Assembly (NCBI GenBank): GCA_963740085.1
Contig: CAVUCU010000001.1
Coordinates: 1,440,001-1,504,000, forward strand
DNA length: 64,000 nt
Source of the DNA: Nitrospirota bacterium
GTDB lineage: Bacteria > Nitrospirota > UBA9217
Reading direction: 5' to 3'
The position numbers and the translations under genes are program-made. A model generated the notes under the pieces. That model searched no databases, had not been told where the DNA came from, and was given only the letters and a program-made list of their open reading frames with translations. Of this stretch, positions 53,448 through 61,770 are shown piece after piece; positions within the stretch are counted from its first letter, which is position 1, and each line of letters begins with the position of its first letter.

Positions 53448-53981
53448 TCATTGCTCGGTCTTCTTATCACCGGCGGGCGGCGGGTTGTTCTCCTGGTCCG
53501 GCGGTTTCACTTCCATTGCGATCCCTGGAGCTGGAGCAGCGGCCTGAAGTTTCACCTGATGCCGCGATTTTATTTCTTTCTTGCTTTTCTCCGCGGGAAT
53601 GGCAGGTTCGGCGGAAACCTCTGCCGGCAAGGGAACCGCCGGTTGTTCTTTTACCACCCGTATGATTTTCGGGTCATCGATAAAAGGGGAGTATTTCGGC
53701 ATGGTAAATTGGACCTCGTCTTTTTCCTTGATCAGGAGATCGACCTCGCCAATCTTCTGTTTGAAGGTTGCCAGCAGCGCGCCTTCCGGCGTGCTCACGG
53801 TCAGGAGAAGGGCATCCCCCTTTTTCTCTTTTACCACAACGGTCCCCTTGATCACGGTTTCTTTTCCCGCGAGTTCTTCGGGGAGGTAGGGCAGCACGTA
53901 CGGGGGCAGGTAGATCGTGCACAGGATGCCCAGCGCTAATCCGAAGATGAACGATGGAGTTCGAGACTGTTTATTTTGCAT
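53448..53981 (-). CDS. Hypothetical membrane-anchored protein
   Basis: AAGGAG RBS, N-terminal TM helix, Pro/Ala-rich tail. Confidence 0.6.
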   Translation of the reverse strand: MQNKQSRTPSFIFGLALGILCTIYLPPYVLPYLPEELAGKETVIKGTVVVKEKKGDALLLTVSTPEGALLATFKQKIGEVDLLIKEKDEVQFTMPKYSPFIDDPKIIRVVKEQPAVPLPAEVSAEPAIPAEKSKKEIKSRHQVKLQAAAPAPGIAMEVKPPDQENNPPPAGDKKTEQ

Positions 53982-54208
53982 GAAATGGTCTCCTTGAGGT
54001 ACTCCCGGTCGGATGATTTAGGTTCTTGAAACTGGCCAATTTCTATTGAAGACAGGCTGTTCCCCGGTCAATTTTACTACTGGACCATGACGAATTGAAG
54101 GCTTTCATCGTCCTCCCCGCAAGTGAAAAGCCCGCTCCGGCTGCGGGCAGGCTTTCGTTCGGGAAGAGATAAGTCTCGGGGCATCACAGTGCGTTTAGGC
54201 TTATGCTC

Positions 54209-54811
54209 TTAAGACGAGAAAAACCCTTTCTTCGGCTTTGGCTCCCCGGACGAGAAGAAGCCTTTCTTCGGTTTCGGCTCCTCTTTCCTCATCGACCCTG
54301 GCATCCGTTCGCCTTCTGAGCGAGTGACCTTGCCTTCCATTTTCGCCCCCTTTTGAATGCAGAGCGTCTCCTTGTACAAAATCTCCCCCTTGCCTCGCGC
54401 GGCTGCCCCGAGCTCCACCTCGTTGCTCTCAAGGCTGCCGGTGAACTCGCCGTTGATGTGGATCCTGTCTTTTGCCTGGATCTTGCCGCCGAGAAACTTG
54501 CCGGTTACCTTCACGTACCCTCCGGCGCTGATGTTCCCTCCGCTCATTTCGCCTTCGATCTCGACGCTGCCGCCCTTGGCATCGATGTTCCCCTTGTATG
54601 TGCCTTTGATGAAGATGCTTGCATTGTTCTCGGCAGTGATATTCCCCTCGAGGTCGCCGTTCATCTGCAGGTCCTGGCTGATGACCATGTTGCCGGTAAC
54701 CTTGCTTCCTTTGAATATCGTGTTAGTTCCGTGCTCATCGGTTATAACTGCACTCACCACGGCATTCTTCTCCGCTACCTTGACCTCGATCATCTCTTCC
54801 TGTTTTATCAT
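54209..54811 (-). CDS. Polymer-forming cytoskeletal protein (bactofilin family)
   Basis: TIFKGSKVTGNM..LQMNG..EGNI beta-helix repeats. Confidence 0.8.
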   Translation of the reverse strand: MIKQEEMIEVKVAEKNAVVSAVITDEHGTNTIFKGSKVTGNMVISQDLQMNGDLEGNITAENNASIFIKGTYKGNIDAKGGSVEIEGEMSGGNISAGGYVKVTGKFLGGKIQAKDRIHINGEFTGSLESNEVELGAAARGKGEILYKETLCIQKGAKMEGKVTRSEGERMPGSMRKEEPKPKKGFFSSGEPKPKKGFFSS

Positions 54812-55165
54812 GTGTTATCCTCCGATATCCACTCTTCCGCTATCATATCATGCAAGACGTCATCGTCAACGAATTCTGCCTGGTCTTTGCGGACAATCTT
54901 ATCGGATTGAGAGATAATAATATGTGATCACTATCACCTTGTGGATCTTCTAAAGTTCCGGGCTGCCGGCGATCTCCCGCGTCGAAAACAATCGAGGGAA
55001 GGACCCAGAAAATGGCCAGGAGCCGCCTCTTTCTTCGGAGCCATCTTGGGAACGTTGCGTCCGATGTTGATTGATCGTTCCCGTCGCTCTTGTACCGCAA
55101 TGCAAGTTAGGCACAATGTCCCTACGCTTTTCATGGCGGAATGAAGGCCAAATAATAAGAATTCC

Positions 55166-55194
55166 TTGACATTTTATCACCTGATTGTTATGTT
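55166..55194 (+). promoter_or_regulatory. Sigma70 promoter of prfC
   Basis: TTGACA-17 bp-TATGTT with extended TG. Confidence 0.6.
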
Positions 55195-55227
55195 ACAGGG
55201 CTCGTTCAGGGAACAAGAAGATAATTC

Positions 55228-56835
55228 ATGGATTATTCAGACGAAATAAACAAGCGGCGGACCTTCGCCATCATCAGCCACCCTGACGCGGGAAAGACCA
55301 CGCTGACGGAGAAGTTTCTGCTTTTCGGCGGGGCGATCCAGGTGGCCGGCGCGGTCAAGTCGAACAAGATCAGGAAGAGCACGTCCTCGGACTTCATGGA
55401 CATCGAGCGCCAGCGCGGCATCTCGGTGGCAACGTCGGTCATGGGCTTCGACTATAACGGACTCAAGATCAATCTGCTCGACACGCCCGGTCATAAGGAT
55501 TTTGCCGAGGACACTTATCGCACACTGACCGCGGTGGACAGCGTTATCCTCATCATTGACTGCGTCAAGGGCGTGGAGGAACAGACCCTCCGGCTTATGG
55601 AAGTCTGCCGCATGCGCAAAACGCCCGTCATCATCTTCGTGAACAAGCTCGACCGCGAGGGCAAGCATCCCTTCGAGCTTCTGGACGAGCTCGAAACAAA
55701 GCTGAACATAAAGGTCCAGCCGCTCTCATGGCCCATCAGCATGGGAACCTCCTTCAAGGGCGTTTACAATCTCTACAACAACAGCCTCTATCTCTTCCGG
55801 CCCGGCGGCGTCAAGGTCGCGGAGGACATACTCGAGATCCAGGGCATCGGCGACCCCGTCCTTGACCAGCAGCTCGGCGACTATGCGGTAAAACTCCGTG
55901 AGGACGTTGAGTTGATCGAGGGCACGCACAATCCCTTTGACGTAAATGCGTACCTGCGCGGCGACCTTGCACCGGTCTTCTTCGGCAGCGCCATCAACAA
56001 CTTCGGCGTGAAGGAACTGCTCGACACCTTCACCGAGATCGCGCCCACACCCGGCAGCAGGCCCACCGACCAGCGGGTCGTCAACGCCGATGAGAAGGAC
56101 TTCACGGGCTTCGTGTTCAAGATCCACGCGAACCTGGACCCCAGGCATCGCGACCGCATCGCCTTTATCCGCGTCTGCTCGGGCAAGTTCGAGCGGAACA
56201 AGATGTTCCTTCATGTGCGCCTGGGCAAACAGATCCGGTTTACCAGCCCGGCGAGTTTCCTGGGGGCGCGGAAGAGCATCGTGGACGAGGCCTTTCCCGG
56301 CGATGTGATCGGACTGTATGATACCGGCAATTTCAAGATCGGTGACACGCTCACGGAAGGCGAGAAGCTCATGTTCCAGGGCATCCCTACCTTCTCGCCC
56401 GAGGTGTTCAAGGAACTCGTGAACCTCGACCCGTCGAAATCGAAACAGCTGGCAAAGGGCATCGAGCAGCTTACCGACGAGGGCGTGGCCCAGCTCTTCA
56501 CCCAGCAGCAGGGCAACCGCAGGATCGTCGGTACGGTGGGTCAGCTACAGTTCGATGTGCTGCAGTACCGGCTGGAGCACGAGTACAACGCGACCTGCAG
56601 GTTCGATCCGATGAAGATCTTCAAGGCGTGCTGGATCACTGCGAGCGACGAAAAGGAAATGGACAAGTTCTGCAGATTCAAATCGGACCGCATCGCCACG
56701 GACAAGGACGGCAATATCGTGTTCCTCGCGGAATCGGATTGGGTGTTGCGAAATATGATCGAGGCCTACCCCGATATCAAATTCCATTTTACTTCTGAGT
56801 TCAAGCGGGAAATGCAGAAGACCAGCGCAACGTAA
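55228..56835 (+). CDS. prfC: Peptide chain release factor 3
   Basis: [49 protein letters not shown]. Confidence 0.97.
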   Translation: MDYSDEINKRRTFAIISHPDAGKTTLTEKFLLFGGAIQVAGAVKSNKIRKSTSSDFMDIERQRGISVATSVMGFDYNGLKINLLDTPGHKDFAEDTYRTLTAVDSVILIIDCVKGVEEQTLRLMEVCRMRKTPVIIFVNKLDREGKHPFELLDELETKLNIKVQPLSWPISMGTSFKGVYNLYNNSLYLFRPGGVKVAEDILEIQGIGDPVLDQQLGDYAVKLREDVELIEGTHNPFDVNAYLRGDLAPVFFGSAINNFGVKELLDTFTEIAPTPGSRPTDQRVVNADEKDFTGFVFKIHANLDPRHRDRIAFIRVCSGKFERNKMFLHVRLGKQIRFTSPASFLGARKSIVDEAFPGDVIGLYDTGNFKIGDTLTEGEKLMFQGIPTFSPEVFKELVNLDPSKSKQLAKGIEQLTDEGVAQLFTQQQGNRRIVGTVGQLQFDVLQYRLEHEYNATCRFDPMKIFKACWITASDEKEMDKFCRFKSDRIATDKDGNIVFLAESDWVLRNMIEAYPDIKFHFTSEFKREMQKTSAT

Positions 56836-57345
56836 TTACCATCATTTAAATCAATCCTACACCGCAGAGCGCGCAGAGAACTTCTTGAAGTAGAACTTCG
56901 GTGCCTCCGCGTCCTCGTCCCGCCTCTCCGCCTTTTAATTATCAGCTCCGTTTGTTTTTTCTTCTTCTAACCGCAAAGTTCACAAAGTTTATTACTATCT
57001 AAAAGACTGGGTCTTCCGGGTTTTGTGTGGGTCGCTTTTATCCGTCCTTAAATCAGCCCATGAGGAGGGAATCGTTTTTTTTGCACATCCCCTTCGTGTC
57101 CTGAACGACATTTTTGGCACCCGTCTAAGGCCGCGTCCGCTCGCCCGCGCAAACTCGGCCTGCGCCCTCAGACACCGTGCTCTTGCGATAACGCTGGTGC
57201 AGGCAGTGCAACGCGTTCGCCCTGCGGGATGCTTCCTTAGACATAATGGCTGACAGTTACAAAAATAGTGACCTGCCCCTTGCAACGTGGGTTATACTTG
57301 AGAACCAGGTTCTCAAATACAGAGCCACAACCAAGGAGGCAGGTC

Positions 57346-58455
57346 GTGAAACATTCTATCATTTTTGTCGGACTCGATGTACACAAAGATTCTATTGATA
57401 TCGCTCTCGCAGATGACGGCAGAGACGGTGAAGTCAGATCCTACGGCGCTATTGGGGGAGATCTGACTTCACTGGATAAAGCGATCCGCAAATTTCGCCG
57501 TTCTGGTGTTGAACTTCGCTTCGTGTATGAAGCCGGCCCCTGCGGTTATGAAATCTACCGGCATTTAACCGCGCAGGGGTTCCATTGCGATGTTATCGCT
57601 CCCTCGATGACGCCAATACGGAGCGGAGACCGGATCAAAACCGACCGGCGCGATGCCGTTACTCTGGCCCGGCTGTATCGTGCAGGTGAACTGACCCCGG
57701 TTTATGTCCCCCGAGAGGACGATGAGGCCATGCGAGACCTCGGCCGGGGCCGGGAAGACGCAGTAAATGCCAGCCGGAAAGCCCGACAACGGTTAAGCGC
57801 CTTTGTCCTTCGGCATGGTTTCCGGTTTGTGAGCAGAAAAGCATGGAGCGTCGCTCACCTGCGGTGGCTTGCGGATATCAAGATGTCGCATCCGGCACAA
57901 CAGATCACGCTCCAGGAGTACATCCACAGCGTCGAAGAGTGCTCAGAACGGGTAGACCGGTTGACCGAACAGATATTGAAACTGCTTCCATCATGGCGAA
58001 TGGCCCCGGTGGTGACTGCTCTTCAAGGTCTTCGCGGCGTAGCTACTGTGGTTGCCGTTACCATGGTGGTTGAAATAGGCGACCTGAGGCGGTTTGAGAA
58101 CCCCCGGCAGCTCATGGCATATCTGGGCCTTGTGCCGTCCGAGAATTCCAGTGGCCAGACCACAAAACGCGGCGGCATTACCAAAACGGGTAATGGACAT
58201 GCCAGACGAGCTCTGATTGAAGCGGCACAGGCATACAGCTTTCAGGCCAGAGTCAGCAGGGAACTCCGGAAACGTCAAGAGGGCCTGACGCGTGAGATCA
58301 AGGAAATCTCCTGGAAAGCTCAAGTACGGCTCTGCGGCCGGTTCCGGAAGCTTACTGCCAGAGGAAAGAACCGAAACCGAACTGTAACGGCAATTGCACG
58401 GGAGCTTTCCGGCTTTATGTGGGCCATTGCTAAGGCAGTACCCATGCCGGCGTAG
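57346..58455 (+). CDS. IS110 family DEDD recombinase/transposase
   Basis: GGAGG + GTG; GLDVH, YEAGPCG, KTDRRDA, GLVPSENSSG, GGITKTGN. Confidence 0.95.
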   Translation: MKHSIIFVGLDVHKDSIDIALADDGRDGEVRSYGAIGGDLTSLDKAIRKFRRSGVELRFVYEAGPCGYEIYRHLTAQGFHCDVIAPSMTPIRSGDRIKTDRRDAVTLARLYRAGELTPVYVPREDDEAMRDLGRGREDAVNASRKARQRLSAFVLRHGFRFVSRKAWSVAHLRWLADIKMSHPAQQITLQEYIHSVEECSERVDRLTEQILKLLPSWRMAPVVTALQGLRGVATVVAVTMVVEIGDLRRFENPRQLMAYLGLVPSENSSGQTTKRGGITKTGNGHARRALIEAAQAYSFQARVSRELRKRQEGLTREIKEISWKAQVRLCGRFRKLTARGKNRNRTVTAIARELSGFMWAIAKAVPMPA

Positions 58456-58719
58456 GGCCAGGACCAAAAGCTTTCAAAGAACAAGACCGCAATTAAGGAG
58501 AACAGCCAAGAACAAAAAAACAACTATCCAGGGTATCACCAGAGATGCGACCACGATCTGGAGAACTCTCGTTTGGCCTAGGGAATAAGGCTCTTGCCGA
58601 ACTTCCGTTCTTAGAGCGAGACAGCTCCGCGATGAAGACAAGTCATGCGGTCAAACCCGCGAATATCAGAGTGATCAATCGTCGCCGTACAGGTCCCATC
58701 TCTGATTATGTCCTGGACC
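58456..58719 (+). ncRNA. Putative bridge/seek RNA in the right non-coding end
   Basis: Stem-internal loop-stem structure carrying segments matching the target (58574-58580, 58608-58614) and the donor junction (58663-58670, 58705-58712); ends approximate. Confidence 0.75.
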
Positions 58720-58886
58720 AAAAACTAACAGCATTCGCTTTATATAACGAGGCATTTGAATCTATTTTCTTATTGACAACTGTCAGCCATATCAGGCCAG
58801 GACGGGTGCCAAAAATATCGTAAGGGCCGCTCCGGGGACGTGCGGGGTTGGGGTAAATCTTTTTGATTCTGACTTTCCCCGGCGCC

Positions 58887-59069
58887 GGGCAGCTCTGACC
58901 GAAAGACGCGCATAGCAATGCTGCACAGACCGTAGTTGCGAGAACACGACAAGGCAGACACGGCCGAACCCTTTTTAAAGGGTGAGGGTGGAGTGCTGCC
59001 AGACCTGCATATCAGTGCGGAGATACTGTATATATCCGGCATGCTGCGCGGCCGAGCGATGAGCTGCCC
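58887..59069 (+). repeat. 183-nt structured cassette, copy Y
   Basis: Closing stem GGGCAGCTC/GAGCTGCCC; homologues at 61200-61429 (-) and 61472-61654 (+). Confidence 0.75.
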
Positions 59070-59235
59070 AAAAAAACAATGCACACGTTGGACAAGTGCC
59101 AACTAGATATCCTTAATTAAGTGATCCACATAAAAGTCAGAAGAACCAAAAGACTTTTTCTCTGCGTCCTCTGCGGTAAAATAGCCTTCTCGTTTATCCT
59201 AAAACTATTTACATTTTATAGTCGTCGTCTCGATA

Positions 59236-59271
59236 AAACAAAAAAAGCCCCCCGCCCAAAGACGGGGAGCT
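59236..59271 (-). terminator. Intrinsic terminator of trpB2
   Basis: AGCTCCCCGTC-TTT-GGGCGGGGGGCT followed by a T-tract on the minus strand. Confidence 0.75.
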
Positions 59272-59292
59272 CAAGAAAGGTTAGAGCTGACG

Positions 59293-60645
59293 TTAGATCT
59301 TGGGAAGCTTTGCGAGGGCCTCTTTGATCTTCGCCGCCGGATACTCATAGTCCTTAAGCTTGCCGTCATGATAATCCGCATATGCCTGGAGATCGAGGTA
59401 CCCGTGGCCGCTCAGGTTGAAGAGGATCGTCCTTTGTTTGCCTTCCTGCTTTGCCTGGAGCGCTTCATCGATAGCACCGCGGATCGCGTGTGCGCTTTCG
59501 GGGGCGGGAATGATCCCTTCGGTGCTGGCAAACTGCACCGCGGCTTCGAACACCGGTATTTGGTTGTACGCCTTGGCCTCGATCAGCTTGTCATGATAGA
59601 GTTGAGATATGATCGGTGAGTCGCCGTGGTAGCGCAGCCCTCCTGCATGAATGCCCGGGGGCATGAAGTCATGGCCGAGGGTATACATCGTCATCAGGGG
59701 AGTCAGTCCGGCAACATCGCCGAAGTCGTACCGAAACTCGCCCTTGGTGAGCGTGGGACAGGACGCGGGCTCGATGGCTACGATGCGAACCTTCTTGCCC
59801 TCGATCTTGTCATGTACGAATGGAAAGCTGATGCCGGACAGATTGCTTCCGCCGCCACAGCAGCCGATCACGACATCGGGGTAGTCTCCGGCGATCTCCA
59901 TCTGTTTCTTGGCCTCGAGCCCGATCACGGTCTGGTGCAGGCATACGTGGTTCAGCACCGAGCCGAGGGCATAGTTGGTATCATCATGCGTGGCAGCATC
60001 TTCCACGGCCTCGGATATGGCAAGGCCGAGGCTGCCCGGGTTGTTCGGGTCAAGTTCAAGGGCCTTCCTTCCCGAATTCGTGACCGTCGAGGGACTCGCG
60101 TGAACCGTGGCACCCCATGTTTCCATCATCATCCTGCGGTAGGGTTTCTGGCCATAGCTCACCTTCACCATGTAGACCGTGACATCGAGCCCGAAAAGCT
60201 TGCCCGCGAGGGCCATGGATGAACCCCACTGGCCGGCACCGGTCTCGGTGGAGATGCGCTTGATACCCGCCTTTTTATTATAATAAGCCTGGGGGATGGC
60301 GGTATTCGGCTTGTGGCTGCCCGCAGGGCTCACGCCTTCATATTTATAGTAGATCTTTGCCGGAGTGCCGAGCGCCTTTTCGAGCCGGTGCGCGCGAAAG
60401 AGCGGCGAGGGCCTCCAGAGAGAATAGATGTCCATAACTTCTTCCGGGATGTCGATCCACCGCTCCTGGCTCACCTCCTGCAAAATCAGATCCATCGGAA
60501 ATATCGGGGTGAGATCCTGCGGTCCTATCGGCTGATGCGTGCCCGGATGGAGCGGCGGCTTGGGCTTGTTCGGCATGTCCGCCATGATGTTGTACCACTT
60601 GGTGGGGATCTCTTTGTCGGAAAGAAGAATCTTGGTCTGTCTCAT
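59293..60645 (-). CDS. trpB2: TrpB2-type tryptophan synthase beta (PLP enzyme)
   Basis: [44 protein letters not shown]. Confidence 0.93.
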   Translation of the reverse strand: MRQTKILLSDKEIPTKWYNIMADMPNKPKPPLHPGTHQPIGPQDLTPIFPMDLILQEVSQERWIDIPEEVMDIYSLWRPSPLFRAHRLEKALGTPAKIYYKYEGVSPAGSHKPNTAIPQAYYNKKAGIKRISTETGAGQWGSSMALAGKLFGLDVTVYMVKVSYGQKPYRRMMMETWGATVHASPSTVTNSGRKALELDPNNPGSLGLAISEAVEDAATHDDTNYALGSVLNHVCLHQTVIGLEAKKQMEIAGDYPDVVIGCCGGGSNLSGISFPFVHDKIEGKKVRIVAIEPASCPTLTKGEFRYDFGDVAGLTPLMTMYTLGHDFMPPGIHAGGLRYHGDSPIISQLYHDKLIEAKAYNQIPVFEAAVQFASTEGIIPAPESAHAIRGAIDEALQAKQEGKQRTILFNLSGHGYLDLQAYADYHDGKLKDYEYPAAKIKEALAKLPKI

Positions 60646-60774
60646 ACATCCTCCTCGATAATCAATTATAGTCTTGCTGCACATCCGGCACGTTCGTAAT
60701 AGTATACTATTCTGTGGACTTTCTCAACGATATTTTCTTCAGATACGCTGGTGAGAATCGCCTGCAAAACCACA

Positions 60775-61050
60775 CTACATTCCTATGGAGAACATGCTGT
60801 CCAGATCGTGGCGGGAGTGAACGCGGAAGGCGATGAGCGTCTCTGACTTGATGATACCGTCGACCTTGAGCATGTGGCCTGTCACCAGCTCGGCCATCTG
60901 ATCGTTGTCTCGCGCTCGAATGACAACCGCGAGATCGTATCTGCCGGCGACCGAATAGACCTCGGAAACGCCGTTCATCTCCGCAAGCATCTCCGCTACG
61001 GCATTCACCTTGCTCCTCTCAACATTCAACAGGACCAGTGCAGTGACCAT
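60775..61050 (-). CDS. Stand-alone Lrp/AsnC ligand-binding domain protein
   Basis: GVSEVYSVAGRYDL...SETLIAF; no HTH. Confidence 0.88.
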   Translation of the reverse strand: MVTALVLLNVERSKVNAVAEMLAEMNGVSEVYSVAGRYDLAVVIRARDNDQMAELVTGHMLKVDGIIKSETLIAFRVHSRHDLDSMFSIGM

Positions 61051-61199
61051 GTTTCAGCCTCCCCGCTAATTTATTTTGTTCTTCTGACTTTTCTGTGGGT
61101 CACTTAATTGCATGTATCGCTTTTTATTCTTCATGAACAATCTGTTTCCTGAATGTTATCTAAGTTGGCGCTTGTCCCAGGTGTGCATTGATTTTTTTT

Positions 61200-61429
61200 G
61201 GGCAGCTCATCACTCGGCCACGCAGCATGCGGGGAAGATGTACAGTATCTCCACCCTGATATGCAGGACTCGCATCACTCCACCCTCACCCTTTAAAAAG
61301 GGTTCGGCCGCCTGCACCCAGCGTTTACGAGTGCTACGTCGCGAGTGCAGGGCGTGTCTGCCTTGTCGTGTTCTCGCAACTACGATCTGTGCAGCATTGC
61401 TATGCGTGTCTCTCACGTCAGAGCTACCC
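61200..61429 (-). repeat. Structured cassette copy Y' (with a 44-bp insert)
   Basis: Close inverted copy of 58887-59069. Confidence 0.8.
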
Positions 61430-61471
61430 GGCGCAGGGGAACGGCAGAACTCTTTGCCTTTCCAGAACCCC

Positions 61472-61654
61472 CTGCATCCCATGAACAGGTTCGCGCACAA
61501 GCATGAGCATGCTGACACGATCAAAACAAGCACAAAGCCAGGCAGACACGGCCGAGCCCGTTCCCTTGGGCGAGGGGAAGTGCTGCGATGCTCGAAAGGC
61601 TTGTTATCAGTACCGGCAATCATGCCCTGCGCGGAGCTGTGAACTGGGGTGCAG
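61472..61654 (+). repeat. 183-nt structured cassette, divergent copy Z
   Basis: Shares AGGCAGACACGGCCGA and the CGCGCA/TGCGCG stem with Y; closing stem CTGCATCCC/GGGGTGCAG. Confidence 0.65.
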
Positions 61655-61770
61655 AAAAAAGAGAATCCGACATTTGCTGCATTAAAACAGATAAAAGCGA
61701 CCCACACAAAACCCGGAAGACCCAAAAAACTCAACGTAACCACTCAGGCCGGTTGCCTTAGAGAACCGTA

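Larger units (their letters stand above)
57239..58793 (+). mobile_element. IS110 family, IS1111-group insertion sequence
   Basis: Perfect 13-bp sub-terminal IRs ATGGCTGACAGTT (57246-57258) / AACTGTCAGCCAT (58778-58790), 7 and 3 bp from the ends; AG core on both sides; no TSD. Confidence 0.92.
57009..59147 (-). mobile_element. ISL3-type non-autonomous element (MITE A, 584 bp without the nested IS)
   Basis: Imperfect TIRs GGGTCTTCCGGGTTTTGTGTGGGTCGCTT / GGTTCTTCTGACTTTTATGTGGATCACTT (22/29); perfect 8-bp direct repeat AAAAGACT at 57001-57008 and 59148-59155. Confidence 0.82.
61077..61723 (+). mobile_element. ISL3-type non-autonomous element (MITE B, 647 bp), inverted relative to MITE A
   Basis: 61690-61724 is the exact reverse complement of 57008-57042; left end TGTTCTTCTGACTTTTCTGTGGGTCACTTAATT matches the other end of MITE A; no TSD found. 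Confidence 0.75.

Noticed and set aside
54843-55180. Short ORFs between bactofilin and prfC
   Set aside because: No RBS or motif support; the region is a divergent promoter interval
58887-59069. Call as canonical 6S RNA
   Set aside because: Size and rod shape fit, but I recognise no 6S sequence and multiple copies sit inside MITEs; left unassigned pending an Rfam search
58770-61743. Similar ORFs 58770..59102 (-) and 61112..61642 (+) as a protein family
   Set aside because: Their similarity comes from the non-coding cassette; changes conserve pairing, and no clear RBS was seen
56850-61760. CRISPR or TIGR-like array near the IS110
   Set aside because: Repeats are few, long, inverted and irregularly spaced; there is no constant repeat-spacer period and no cas/tas gene
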